Assembly: GCA_040389125.1 (NCBI GenBank)
Contig: JAZKAN010000001.1
Span: 178,737-242,736, forward strand
From: Patescibacteria group bacterium
Lineage (GTDB): Bacteria; Patescibacteriota; Minisyncoccia; Phycocordibacterales; DATDWN01
DNA: 64,000 nt
Direction: 5' to 3'
The first letter of the stretch is position 1. Each line of letters starts with the position of its first letter. Shown one piece after another: positions 1-9,396 of the stretch. The notes under the pieces were generated by a model, which searched no databases, was not told the origin of the DNA, and worked only from the letters and a program-made list of their open reading frames with translations. Both the position numbers and the translations under genes were made by a program.

Positions 1-199
1 GAAAATCGCTATATATAAAATTTAATCCAACCAAGGGTTTACTGATCTTCTCCGTTGCCACATGTCGAATGTCCTCCATACAATGTTCAGCACTTTGTCT
101 ATTATCTAGTTTATTCATCGAAAGCCCAAATAATAATAGTCCTTTTTCAGAGGGTAATTTATTTATATCGAAGAATTTATTTTGTTCTAAATTGTTCAT
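1..199 (-). CDS. hypothetical protein, 5' part (runs off window start)
   Basis: Manual translation from ATG at 199 (MNNLEQNKFFDINKLPSEKGLLLFGLSMNK...) stays open to position 1; starts 10 nt after the hicA stop. Confidence 0.6.
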   Translation of the reverse strand, partial: MNNLEQNKFFDINKLPSEKGLLLFGLSMNKLDNRQSAEHCMEDIRHVATEKISKPLVGLNFIYSDF

Positions 200-209
200 G
201 CATTTATTA

Positions 210-440
210 TTAACTAATCCACTCCTTTTTATCAATTCCTGATTGCATAATAATACCCCTCATCGTACGTGGTTTTATAGATTTATTTCCATGAAACGGG
301 ATACATACCTGACGATAAACACTTTTTACATGTCCAACATAATAATAATGACTACCGTGTACATAATTAAGCACAAAATTTCTTTCCTTGAGGAAACTTT
401 CAACATCTCTGAAGGTCCAATTTAATAAACCTCTTGTCAT
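210..440 (-). CDS. HicA-family toxin (mRNA interferase)
   Basis: 76 aa, basic, HicA-like GSH...V.IP.H...I...T...I..Q.G pattern. Confidence 0.8.
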   Translation of the reverse strand: MTRGLLNWTFRDVESFLKERNFVLNYVHGSHYYYVGHVKSVYRQVCIPFHGNKSIKPRTMRGIIMQSGIDKKEWIS

Positions 441-446
441 AAAAAA

Positions 447-749
447 TTAGGCTTGAGCAACTCCAAACATATTTACTTCAAATGGTGACTTGATCTTTTT
501 TGGAGAGTTGAGGACTTTCCAAAGGTTTTCATATTCTGGATCCGTTTTTTGATTGAGTGGAGAGACGCGGGCACCCTTTATTTTATTGCATGATAAAACA
601 TAGCCATGTACAGCCTGAAGAAGATTAAAGAACGCGATTTTTGGATCATCACTTGATTCAACAATATTAAACTCCAAAGCGACAGCATACCATGTGTCCC
701 CATCACGAAAAACAATATGTCTAAATTTACCTTTTTGTGGAGTATTCAT
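447..749 (-). CDS. HicB-like antitoxin
   Basis: MNTPQKGKFRHIVFRDGDTWYAVALEFNIVESSDD resembles the HicB N-terminal partial RNase H fold; adjacent to hicA. The ORF-track extension to 857 runs through the tRNA. Confidence 0.7.
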   Translation of the reverse strand: MNTPQKGKFRHIVFRDGDTWYAVALEFNIVESSDDPKIAFFNLLQAVHGYVLSCNKIKGARVSPLNQKTDPEYENLWKVLNSPKKIKSPFEVNMFGVAQA

Positions 750-824
750 GGTGGACCCTACAGGACTCGAACCTGCCACCCCATCATTGCAAATGATGTG
801 CTCTACCAGATGAGCTAAGGGCCC
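749..824 (-). tRNA. tRNA-Ala(TGC)
   Basis: 76 nt cloverleaf GGGCCCT...AGGGTCCACCA, G3:U70 Ala identity pair, anticodon arm CATCA-TTTGCAA-TGATG, GGTTCGAGTCC T-arm, encoded CCA. Confidence 0.97.
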
Positions 825-882
825 AAATATATGCCAAATATATGGGAGCGAGACCATATATCCCGCAAAACATATTCTATAT

Positions 883-1878
883 TTATTTTCGCTCTAGCGC
901 AAGACCTAGAATGTGGTGCAAAAATTCCTGAAATTTAATCCCCACAGCCTCGAGACTTTTAGGTAGGAGCGACTCACTGGTCAGTCCTGGGAGAGTGTTG
1001 ACCTCGAGAAAGTAAATCCCCCGACGAGGAGTAACGATAAAATCTGATCGCGAGTAGCCGTCGAGACTCAGTATGCTGTGAACCTCTGACGATATGCGTT
1101 CTATTTCCTTTTTTTCGGCAATACTAAAATTTCCTGGACAGATTTCCCTGCTCTGTCCGCTATATTTTGCATCATAATCGAAAAATTGATTGGGTTCGTC
1201 GCTTTTTTTGGGCGGTATGATTTCGACCACTGGCAATGCGTACACGTTTTGACCACGCATATTGTTTACGACCCCACATGTTGCTTCCCTTCCCTTTATA
1301 TATTCCTCTACGAGCACATCATTTTCGCTTTGCAAAATTGTCTCGATTGCGTCTACTAATTCTTCTTTGGTATGTGCAATCGTGATACCGACAGACGATC
1401 CGCCAGTAACAGGTTTTATAATAACCGGCATAGGCAAGAGACTAAACACGTTTCGAATACTAGTTGGTACATTATCCGTAGTACGAACGAGAACAGAAAG
1501 CGGAGTTTTAATACCCGCCTGTGTAATACATTCTTTGGTCATGAACTTATTCATACTGATCGCCGATGAAAGTTTGCCCGAGCCAGAGTATGGGATTCCG
1601 TAGTGATCAAAAATTTCCTGGATACGACCATCCTCGCCATATGTGCCGTGGAGAGCATTGAATACAACGTCTACGTGTTTCAAAATCCTATCTGGAGTTT
1701 TAGGAACGCCTCGCATATGCCACGTGCCATCACGAGAAATAAAAATATCAATTGGGCGATGTGTGACCGAAAGTTCCTTGAGTACATTGCTACCTGTTTT
1801 GAGAGAGACATCATACTCCGGAGAAGGCCCTCCGCGTACTACCCCAATGCGTAGAGATGATGGAAGTGTGAAATACAT
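883..1878 (-). CDS. ddl: D-alanine--D-alanine ligase
   Basis: GGPSPEYDVS, ALHGTYGEDG, GSSVG, FDYDAKY and EVNTLPG motifs; start placed after TATACT-N6. Confidence 0.95.
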   Translation of the reverse strand: MYFTLPSSLRIGVVRGGPSPEYDVSLKTGSNVLKELSVTHRPIDIFISRDGTWHMRGVPKTPDRILKHVDVVFNALHGTYGEDGRIQEIFDHYGIPYSGSGKLSSAISMNKFMTKECITQAGIKTPLSVLVRTTDNVPTSIRNVFSLLPMPVIIKPVTGGSSVGITIAHTKEELVDAIETILQSENDVLVEEYIKGREATCGVVNNMRGQNVYALPVVEIIPPKKSDEPNQFFDYDAKYSGQSREICPGNFSIAEKKEIERISSEVHSILSLDGYSRSDFIVTPRRGIYFLEVNTLPGLTSESLLPKSLEAVGIKFQEFLHHILGLALERK

Positions 1879-1929
1879 ATATATAGTATACATGTAGGAG
1901 GTGGTTTGGTGCAAAATAATTAGTGAAAT

Positions 1930-2274
1930 AAAAAAAAGCGCCCACCCCGGTGAAGGAGTGGGCAAACCAAGGAGAAGAAAATGGTAAGTTCGATCGGATC
2001 AGGGCTCGCGGGAGCCATGTCTACCATAAGCATATACCTGTCTATCTAGAATGCAAGTAGAGTATAACGCATAAGCACCCAGACAGGTGTCTAGGTGCTC
2101 GAAGGAAAATGTGATGGACCAACAGTCCAAAAAATGAAACTGAGGGTCCCAATGGCTGATTCCTGCAGGAATCGGTCGCAGATGAGAGGTCGTGTGTATT
2201 GGATAAACCAAACAGGAAACCTCTCTCGCAGAAATAAAACAAAAGAACATCGCGTGGGTAAATTTTGCCCACGA
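1930..2274 (-). ncRNA. candidate multi-hairpin non-coding RNA (~345 nt)
   Basis: TTGCAC(2309-2304)-N17-TATACT(2286-2281) promoter, a series of hairpins, terminator GCCCACTCC/GGGGTGGGC + U8 (1963-1930); no credible ORF. Confidence 0.5.
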
Positions 2275-2338
2275 GTTTTGAGTATATAAAAAGTTTCTGT
2301 TTGGTGCAACTACTTTTTTGTGGAAAAGTGATGTGAAA

Positions 2339-3652
2339 TTATCGTATTTTTCTACGAAGTTTCTTGTGATATCCTATCGCAAATCTGTGAGCCTCGGAGT
2401 TTGAAAGTAAAATCTCACGTTCGTACACCAGCCATTTTTTATTACCCAAAATCTCTCGCGGACGATGTCTCTCGTCTTTAACTATCGACACTACTGGAAT
2501 ATCTGCGTGACTCTGACGCAAAACTTTTTCTATCGCATTTTTCTGTGCACTGCCACCATCCACAGCAATCAAACTCGGTAGTGGCCATTCTATATGAGTC
2601 AACCTACGCGAAAGAATTTCGGAAAGTGCCTTGGTGTCATTTACTCCTGGATTATCTTTAATTTTAAACTTTCGATAATCAGATTTTTTTATTTCACCAT
2701 CCTCGACAACTGTCATCACCCCCACCACATTTGTTCCCGAGAGGTGTGCGATATCGTAACTCTCAATACGAAATACGCCCTGTTTCAATTCATTATCAGC
2801 AGCTATGAATAAATCTTTTTTTATTAAAGAAATATCCTGAATGTGTGTCAATGCAAATAACGTTCTTTTTATTTTTTGAGCATCTTCAAATCTCTTTCCT
2901 TTTGCGAGATGATTCATTTCTTTTGTGAGATTTTTAATAAGTATCCCCTTTTTACCCTCAAAAAATAAAACAATATTTTTGATTTGCTGTGAATATTCTT
3001 CCTTGCTAATTTTCCCTGTACATACTCCAGGACAAAGTCCTATCTGACTATTGAAGCATGGCTTTCCTTGCATTGGTTCACATTTATCTCGATACGGAAA
3101 AAGCTTACGTATAATTTTTAACGCTTCTTTGAGTTGACTTCCGTTTGGAAAAGGACCAAAGGATTGTTTAATTCTCACTTCACTCATTGGAACTTTTTGA
3201 ATTTCATTCTCCCATGCCTTACCTTTTTGGAGTGGCGATGTCTCACCTGCATGCAAAAGTTCCCTTCCTCGGATCACTAATATTCGTGGGAAATCCTCAT
3301 CAGTAATTACCACAAAATTAAAACTTTTATTATCTTTCTCTTTAATATTAGCTATTGGCTGATGTTTTTTTATGAGGTATGCCTCGAGTATGAGCGCCTC
3401 GAGTACAGAGTCAGTTTGTTCAAATGTAATATCATCAAACTCTGAAAGCATTTTAACAATAAGTGGCCCGCGAGTAGTGGCAATGTCTGACGCAAAATAG
3501 CTTCGTACACGATCACAGAGTGACGTCGCCTTGCCTATGTAGAGAATCTCACTTCCCTCTCTCCCTTTTTCTCCTTTTCCACGTCGAAAGAAATACACAC
3601 CTGGTGCATCCGGAAATTGTTTTATTTTGTCGAGAGCTTCTTGACGAGTCAT
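2339..3652 (-). CDS. uvrC: excinuclease ABC subunit C (short form)
   Basis: GIY-YIG (PGVY..YIGKA), Cys cluster, UVR-like helix, RIESYDIAH and VDGG RNase H-like domain; no C-terminal HhH seen. Confidence 0.9.
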   Translation of the reverse strand: MTRQEALDKIKQFPDAPGVYFFRRGKGEKGREGSEILYIGKATSLCDRVRSYFASDIATTRGPLIVKMLSEFDDITFEQTDSVLEALILEAYLIKKHQPIANIKEKDNKSFNFVVITDEDFPRILVIRGRELLHAGETSPLQKGKAWENEIQKVPMSEVRIKQSFGPFPNGSQLKEALKIIRKLFPYRDKCEPMQGKPCFNSQIGLCPGVCTGKISKEEYSQQIKNIVLFFEGKKGILIKNLTKEMNHLAKGKRFEDAQKIKRTLFALTHIQDISLIKKDLFIAADNELKQGVFRIESYDIAHLSGTNVVGVMTVVEDGEIKKSDYRKFKIKDNPGVNDTKALSEILSRRLTHIEWPLPSLIAVDGGSAQKNAIEKVLRQSHADIPVVSIVKDERHRPREILGNKKWLVYEREILLSNSEAHRFAIGYHKKLRRKIR

Positions 3653-3689
3653 GGTAAGTATGATATCAAATAGTGAGGAGAAAGTACAT

Positions 3690-4163
3690 ATGAACAACAC
3701 GATACAGGAAGTACAGCAAGCTGCTCTGAAATTGAAAGGGCTTCAGGCTGAGAACCGCCTTTATAAGGCAGGTAAGCCGAAAGAATTGACCACCCTTGCT
3801 TACGCTCTCATAGGCATGCTGGCGGGAAACTTCGCTTGCTACGGGAGTGTGGGAAATGAATCCAGCCGCTCCGAAATCGAAGAATTCATTGCTGAGGCAG
3901 TCGAATTCGCCGGGACTTTCGAGGACAAATCCACACCACTTTCCAGCATAACTTTGAGTATGTTAGAAGAGATATTCGTGGACGCGATGACTGCCAACCC
4001 CTCGATTCCAAAGATCAGGATAACCGAACCAACCTTGCGAGCCTTACACACACTCGGGGTGAAACTCATTAATGTTCCAACTATGGCAGCACATCATTTG
4101 ACAGAGGCGAAAATCGGCGGAGTTACGCTTCAATGTAAGAGCTCGAAGCCTTTAAAGTTCTGA
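3690..4163 (+). CDS. orphan hypothetical protein
   Basis: 157 aa ORF with GAGGAG SD and its own terminator. Confidence 0.75.
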   Translation: MNNTIQEVQQAALKLKGLQAENRLYKAGKPKELTTLAYALIGMLAGNFACYGSVGNESSRSEIEEFIAEAVEFAGTFEDKSTPLSSITLSMLEEIFVDAMTANPSIPKIRITEPTLRALHTLGVKLINVPTMAAHHLTEAKIGGVTLQCKSSKPLKF

Positions 4164-4176
4164 CGCGAACCTTCCC

Positions 4177-4216
4177 ATGCCACGGCGTCTCAGCGCGCCG
4201 TGGCATTTTCCTTTTC
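4177..4216 (+). terminator. intrinsic terminator
   Basis: ATGCCACGGCG/CGCCGTGGCAT 11-bp stem followed by a T-rich tract. Confidence 0.8.
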
Positions 4217-4238
4217 CATCACAATATTTCGAGATTAA

Positions 4239-4358
4239 AAATCTCCCTACACACATGCTTTTATGGCGCATCACGGACTGCATGAAGACAGGAGTGCGAG
4301 GAAAATTTTCAGCAGAAAATTATTCCGGCGACAGAAAAGTATGTGTGTAGGGAGATTT
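4239..4358 (+). repeat. structured palindromic element, family A copy 1
   Basis: Arms AAATCTCCCTACACACATGCTTTT/AAAAGTATGTGTGTAGGGAGATTT around the conserved core GCGCATCACGGACTGC...GGAGTGCGAGG...TCCGGCGA. Confidence 0.9.
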
Positions 4359-4362
4359 CAAC

Positions 4363-6999
4363 CTACCCCTTCCTATACGCTTTATACTGTTTCAGCGCCC
4401 GCTTCAAATACTTTCCCGTATACGACTTCTCACTATTTGCAACCTCCTCCGGAGTTCCCTTTGCGACGAGCTGTCCACCACCGCTCCCACCCTCTGGACC
4501 AATATCCAAAATATAATCAGTGGATTTGATCATGTCCATGTTGTGTTCAATAACGAGCACTGTATTTCCTTTATTCACCAATTTCTGCAAAATCTCAATC
4601 AGTTTTTTCACATCTTCGTAGTGAAGTCCGATCGTCGGTTCATCAAGAAGATAAATTGTTTTCTGTAAATGCGGACGATACAACTCTGACGAAATTTTGA
4701 CACGCTGCGCCTCACCACCAGAAAGTGTCGTTGCAGACTGACCAAGCTCGAGATAGCCGAGACCGACGTCATCAAGACATTTGAGGCGGTCGTAAATAGC
4801 AGGAATGTCTTCAAAAAATGTGAGCGCCTCCTCCACTGTCATTTTGAGCACATCATAAATATTTTTCTTTTTGTATGTGACCTCGAGAGTCTCTTTCATA
4901 AACCGCTTGCCCTTGCACACGTCACACGGCACATACACCGTCGGCAAAAAGTGCATTTCAACTTCGATCATGCCATTTCCCTGACACGTCTCACATCGTC
5001 CACCCTTTACGTTGAATGAAAATCGATTTGCCTTCCATCCACGTGCACGAGCCTCGACAGACTCTGCAAATAGGTCACGAATAAAACTCCACGACCCTGT
5101 GTATGTTGCGGGATTCGATCGCGGTGTGCGTCCGATCGGAGACTGGTCAATGAGTATTGCACGACCGAGATACTCTGTGCCAGTAAATGTTTTACAGTTA
5201 TAGATTTCTGCACTGCGATATTTGCGTTCAAAACGTGCCTGAAGGTTTCGGTGCAAAATCTCGTACACAAATGACGACTTGCCTGAGCCAGACACACCAG
5301 TCACTGCTACAAATTTACCGAGCGGTATGTCTACGTTTAGGTTTTTAATATTAAAGATTTTGCCTCCGCGTATTTGCAGGCTTCCCTTTTCACCCTCACG
5401 ACGGTTTTCAGGCAACTCTACTATTTTGTCCCCACGCAAATAGTCGAGCGTGAGAGACTCGGATGTATTTTTCTTGGCTGTAAGTAACTCATCGAGATAC
5501 CCAGAAACAACCACATGTCCACCGTGAACACCGGCGCCTGGACCAATATCAACAATATAGTCTGATGCAAATATTGTGTCCTCATCGTGTTCTACTACAA
5601 TAATAGTATTGCCGAGATTTTTTAAATCAATAAGTGTTTGGATGAGACGATCATTGTCACGTGAATGGAGTCCAATCGTCGGCTCGTCGAGTACATAGAG
5701 TGCTCCTACCAGTCCCGATCCGAGCTGACTTGCGAGACGAATACGCTGAGCCTCCCCACCCGAGAGCGTGTGGGCACGACGGTTGAGCGACAAATATTCG
5801 ATTCCTACGTTTATCATAAATTTGAGTCTCGCTTCGATTTCCCGCATGACTACTTTTGAAATATTGATTTCTCGTTCTGTCAGTTTCAAATTCATAGCAA
5901 AATCGTACGCGTCTTTTATAGACATCGCTGTAAACTCTACTATATTTTGCCCACCGATTGTTACATGAAGTGCCTCCTCGCGTAGTCGTGCGCCGTGACA
6001 TTTTGGACATGGTTCCTTGCCGAAAAAGTGACGAGTACCCAAACCATTACATTCGGGACACGCACCATATGGCGAGTTAAATGAAAACAATCGAGGCTCT
6101 ACCTCGGGATATGAATAGCCGTCCTTTGGACATGAAAGTTTTGAAGACATAAAAAATTCTTCGGGAACATATCCTTTTACAGATTCCTGTGCCATATCAC
6201 GAACAAGTATTTTAACTTGTCCGTCGGATTCCAAAAGCGCCTTTTCTAGATCCTCCGACAGTCTCTCCTCTGCACTTTTACTATCTGTACCAAAATCGAG
6301 AAGTGAAATACTATCCACGAGCACGTCTATCGTGTGTCGTTTTGTTTTTGTCAGTACTATCTGCTCTCGGAGAGATTTTCGCACACCATCTACAAGTACA
6401 TGCGAGTAGCCTTTGCCGAGTAGATCGTAGAGGAGCTGGTAGTATTCACCTTTTCGTCCTTTTACTACTGGTGCAAAAATCTCGACGTAAATAGGAAATG
6501 GGATTACCTTGCTTAATTTTTTGTACTCGACTTGCTTGATAGCGATTTTTTCAAGCACAAAATTTTTAATTTCTTCATTTGAAAGTTTTTTGATTTCATC
6601 TCCACAGATGAGGCAGTGTGGATGCCCAATACGCGAATACATGATACGCATGTAGTCATAGATTTCTGTAATCGTTGCGACAGTTGAGCGTGGGTTGTTT
6701 GAACGTGATTTCTGATCGATTGAAATAGCTGGTGAGAGCCCAGATATTTCGTCCACATCCGGTTTTTGCATTTGACGGAGAAACTGTCGTGCATACGATG
6801 ACAGTGACTCGACATATCGTCGCTGCCCCTCTGCAAAAATCGTATCAAATGCAAGTGATGACTTGCCTGACCCAGACAGACCAGTAAAAACCACCATTTT
6901 ATTTCGTGGTATTTCAACAGTAATATTTTTGAGATTGTGAGTCCTAGCGCCTTTTACGACAATCTGCTCCTGGGAATTTATAGTCTTTTTTGGTGTCAT
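4363..6999 (-). CDS. uvrA: excinuclease ABC subunit A
   Basis: Two Walker A motifs ([16 protein letters not shown]), two LSGGEAQR signatures, zinc fingers. Confidence 0.98.
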   Translation of the reverse strand: MTPKKTINSQEQIVVKGARTHNLKNITVEIPRNKMVVFTGLSGSGKSSLAFDTIFAEGQRRYVESLSSYARQFLRQMQKPDVDEISGLSPAISIDQKSRSNNPRSTVATITEIYDYMRIMYSRIGHPHCLICGDEIKKLSNEEIKNFVLEKIAIKQVEYKKLSKVIPFPIYVEIFAPVVKGRKGEYYQLLYDLLGKGYSHVLVDGVRKSLREQIVLTKTKRHTIDVLVDSISLLDFGTDSKSAEERLSEDLEKALLESDGQVKILVRDMAQESVKGYVPEEFFMSSKLSCPKDGYSYPEVEPRLFSFNSPYGACPECNGLGTRHFFGKEPCPKCHGARLREEALHVTIGGQNIVEFTAMSIKDAYDFAMNLKLTEREINISKVVMREIEARLKFMINVGIEYLSLNRRAHTLSGGEAQRIRLASQLGSGLVGALYVLDEPTIGLHSRDNDRLIQTLIDLKNLGNTIIVVEHDEDTIFASDYIVDIGPGAGVHGGHVVVSGYLDELLTAKKNTSESLTLDYLRGDKIVELPENRREGEKGSLQIRGGKIFNIKNLNVDIPLGKFVAVTGVSGSGKSSFVYEILHRNLQARFERKYRSAEIYNCKTFTGTEYLGRAILIDQSPIGRTPRSNPATYTGSWSFIRDLFAESVEARARGWKANRFSFNVKGGRCETCQGNGMIEVEMHFLPTVYVPCDVCKGKRFMKETLEVTYKKKNIYDVLKMTVEEALTFFEDIPAIYDRLKCLDDVGLGYLELGQSATTLSGGEAQRVKISSELYRPHLQKTIYLLDEPTIGLHYEDVKKLIEILQKLVNKGNTVLVIEHNMDMIKSTDYILDIGPEGGSGGGQLVAKGTPEEVANSEKSYTGKYLKRALKQYKAYRKG

Positions 7000-7098
7000 T
7001 TTCTTGCTTTATTATACACAGACTACCCCTGAGATCACTCTTAGGGGTTAACTATGAATGAATATGATAGCATGTATTATAAATTTGTATATAATCCT

Positions 7099-9171
7099 TT
7101 ACGCTAACAAATCTTTTGCGTTCTTGGGATTTTTTGACTTCTCAACTTTCGGCACAATATTCATTTTTTCAAGCTCTACAATCTCATCTCGCAGGAGTGC
7201 TGCTGTTTCAAAGTCGAGGATTTTAACAGCACCATCCATTTGTTTTTCTTTCTGCACAATCAACTTTTTCAACTTCTTTGGATCTTTTTTCAGTATATTC
7301 TTGTCTATTGCCAGGAGTTCATCCACCGCCTTGCCATGTTCACTGCGTAACTGATCCGTAATATCCTGAATTTTCTTTATAATTGTTTTTGGAGTGATCC
7401 CGTGTTTTGTATTGTACTCCACTTGTATTGCTCGTCTGCGACTTGTCTCCTCTATCGCCCGTTGCATTGAACCCGTCATGCGATCTGCATACAAAATCAC
7501 TCGGCCATCCACGTTGCGCGCGGCACGTCCTATGATCTGAATGAGAGATGTGTCGGAACGCAAAAATCCTTCTTTGTCTGCGTCGAGAATTCCGATGAGT
7601 GTCACCTCGGGCAAGTCGAGCCCCTCTCGCAGAAGATTCACACCGACGAGTACATCAAACTCGCCACGACGTAGCGAAGTCAAAATTTCAATACGCTGTA
7701 TAGTTTTAATATCACTGTGCAGATACTCTGCACGAATTCCCTTTTCCTTTAGGTATTCACTCAAATCCTCTGCCATCTTTTTGGTCAGTGTCGTTGCAAT
7801 CACACGTCCGCCTTTTTTGACAGCCTTTTCTGTTTCAATAATAAAATCTGTAATCTGTCCAGGAAATTTGCCTTTCTCGACGATTGGCCGCACCTCTACC
7901 ACAGGATCAATAAGGCCAGTTGGACGAATAATCTGCTCAACTATTTGTTCACTGTGTTCACCCTCATACACACCTGGTGTTGCAGATGTGTAAATAACTT
8001 GCCCCACTCGTTCTTCAAATTCTTCGAATTTCAGCGGTCTGTTGTCCTTGCTACTTGGCAGTCTAAATCCAAAATCAACAAGGGATTGTTTACGTGACGC
8101 ATCTCCTGCATACATTGCGCCGATCTGTGATACTGCCACATGCGACTCGTCGATAACCGTCAGAAAATCTGGGTTGCCGTCTGCCTTGTGGGGAAAATAC
8201 GAAAGCAGTGTATCTGGTGCCTCGCCCGCGAGTTTACCAGAAAAATGTCGTGAGTAGTTCTCGATACCATTGCAGTACCCCATCTCGCGAATGAGTGCGA
8301 GGTCGTATGTTGTGCGACGTTTGAGACGCTCTGCCTCGAGAAGTTTTCCATCGCTATCTAGTTCCTTGAGTCTCGCAGTTAGTTCTGCTTTTATTGTTTC
8401 AAACGCTCTCTCACTCTGAGCTTTGGTAGATATAAAATGCTTTGCCGGAAAGAGAAAAAAGACTTCAACGTTTTTTATTATCGCTCGCGTGATTGCATCA
8501 ATAACCAAAACTTCTTTTATTTTGTCACCATCGATTTCGATACGATAAATGACTTTCTCTGAAATCGGCATGATCTCGAGCATGTTTCCAATGGCACGAA
8601 ACTGTCCCGGCGAAAGGTCTGCAGTGGTACGTTCAAAATGAATATCAATAAGTCGTCGAATGAAATCTGCGCGAGAAATTTTCTCACCCACTGCAACTTT
8701 TAAATTCACTTTTTCATACTCAACTGGTGAGCCAAGACCGTAGATACATGAAACAGATGCAACAATAATAACGTCTCGACGTGTGAGAAGTGCCTGTGTG
8801 GATGCATGACGCAAACGATCAATCTCTTCGTTGATCATTGCCTCCTTTTCTATATATGTATCAGAGACTGGCATGTACGCCTCTGGCTGGTAGTAGTCGT
8901 AGTAGGAGACAAAATAATGGACCTCGTTGTTCGGAAAAAACTCTCTGTACTCCTGAGCGAGCTGTGCAGCAAGAGTTTTGTTGTGTGCAATGACGAGTGT
9001 TGGCTTCTGAACTTCCTGAATTACATTTGCAATCGTAAATGTTTTACCAGATCCTGTCACGCCAAGGAGAGTCTGATGTTTCAGACCATTTTTTACACCA
9101 TCTACAAGTTTCTCGATGGCCTGTGGCTGGTCACCTGCAGGCTCAAAATCCCGCTTGATCTCAAATTTCAT
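7099..9171 (-). CDS. uvrB: excinuclease ABC subunit B
   Basis: GVTGSGKT, YYDYYQPEAY beta-hairpin, DESH, C-terminal UVR; start MKFEIK after TATAAT-N6. Confidence 0.98.
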   Translation of the reverse strand: MKFEIKRDFEPAGDQPQAIEKLVDGVKNGLKHQTLLGVTGSGKTFTIANVIQEVQKPTLVIAHNKTLAAQLAQEYREFFPNNEVHYFVSYYDYYQPEAYMPVSDTYIEKEAMINEEIDRLRHASTQALLTRRDVIIVASVSCIYGLGSPVEYEKVNLKVAVGEKISRADFIRRLIDIHFERTTADLSPGQFRAIGNMLEIMPISEKVIYRIEIDGDKIKEVLVIDAITRAIIKNVEVFFLFPAKHFISTKAQSERAFETIKAELTARLKELDSDGKLLEAERLKRRTTYDLALIREMGYCNGIENYSRHFSGKLAGEAPDTLLSYFPHKADGNPDFLTVIDESHVAVSQIGAMYAGDASRKQSLVDFGFRLPSSKDNRPLKFEEFEERVGQVIYTSATPGVYEGEHSEQIVEQIIRPTGLIDPVVEVRPIVEKGKFPGQITDFIIETEKAVKKGGRVIATTLTKKMAEDLSEYLKEKGIRAEYLHSDIKTIQRIEILTSLRRGEFDVLVGVNLLREGLDLPEVTLIGILDADKEGFLRSDTSLIQIIGRAARNVDGRVILYADRMTGSMQRAIEETSRRRAIQVEYNTKHGITPKTIIKKIQDITDQLRSEHGKAVDELLAIDKNILKKDPKKLKKLIVQKEKQMDGAVKILDFETAALLRDEIVELEKMNIVPKVEKSKNPKNAKDLLA

Positions 9172-9218
9172 GCGGTGATTATACGTTGAAAAGGAAGTTT
9201 GGGCAATCTTTTTTATAC

Positions 9219-9349
9219 AAAAAAAGAGCCAAGGCTCGATTTTAAAATAAAAACAAAATGAATTAAACGGGAGGGTTACACAGCAGCGCACTAGTATCCC
9301 CCTCCCGCGGCAGGATAGTTACCACCTCCCTTCTCCAAGAACAGGTTCT
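9219..9349 (-). ncRNA. candidate small RNA (~130 nt)
   Basis: TTGTAC-N17-TATCTT promoter with extended TG, GGGAGG/CCTCCC-closed stem, U-rich linker, short GAGCC/GGCTC hairpin + U7. Confidence 0.4.
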
Positions 9350-9396
9350 TATTTAAGATACCATATCTAAAATGTAAGTACAACAGCTACCCCCAC

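Noticed and set aside
750-857. N-terminal extension of HicB in the ORF track
   Set aside because: It reads through an intact tRNA-Ala. Similar over-long starts for uvrB, dedA, ABC-F, lexA and nusB cross promoters or repeats.
1999-2309. Four overlapping 64-83 aa ORFs in the uvrC-ddl gap
   Set aside because: No recognisable motif, atypical composition, and the region is dominated by hairpins.
4263-4529. ORFs 4263..4529, 24945..25211 and 55251..55478 sharing the peptide AHHGL..DRSARKI.S.KL.RR
   Set aside because: They are translations of the family A core. Starts and flanks are not conserved, they overlap real genes, and variation follows base-pairing rather than codons.
9337-9350. LexA box upstream of uvrB (AAGAAC-AG-GTTCTT)
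   Set aside because: The spacer is 2 nt rather than 4, and it lies about 140 nt from the uvrB promoter; better explained as an RNA hairpin.
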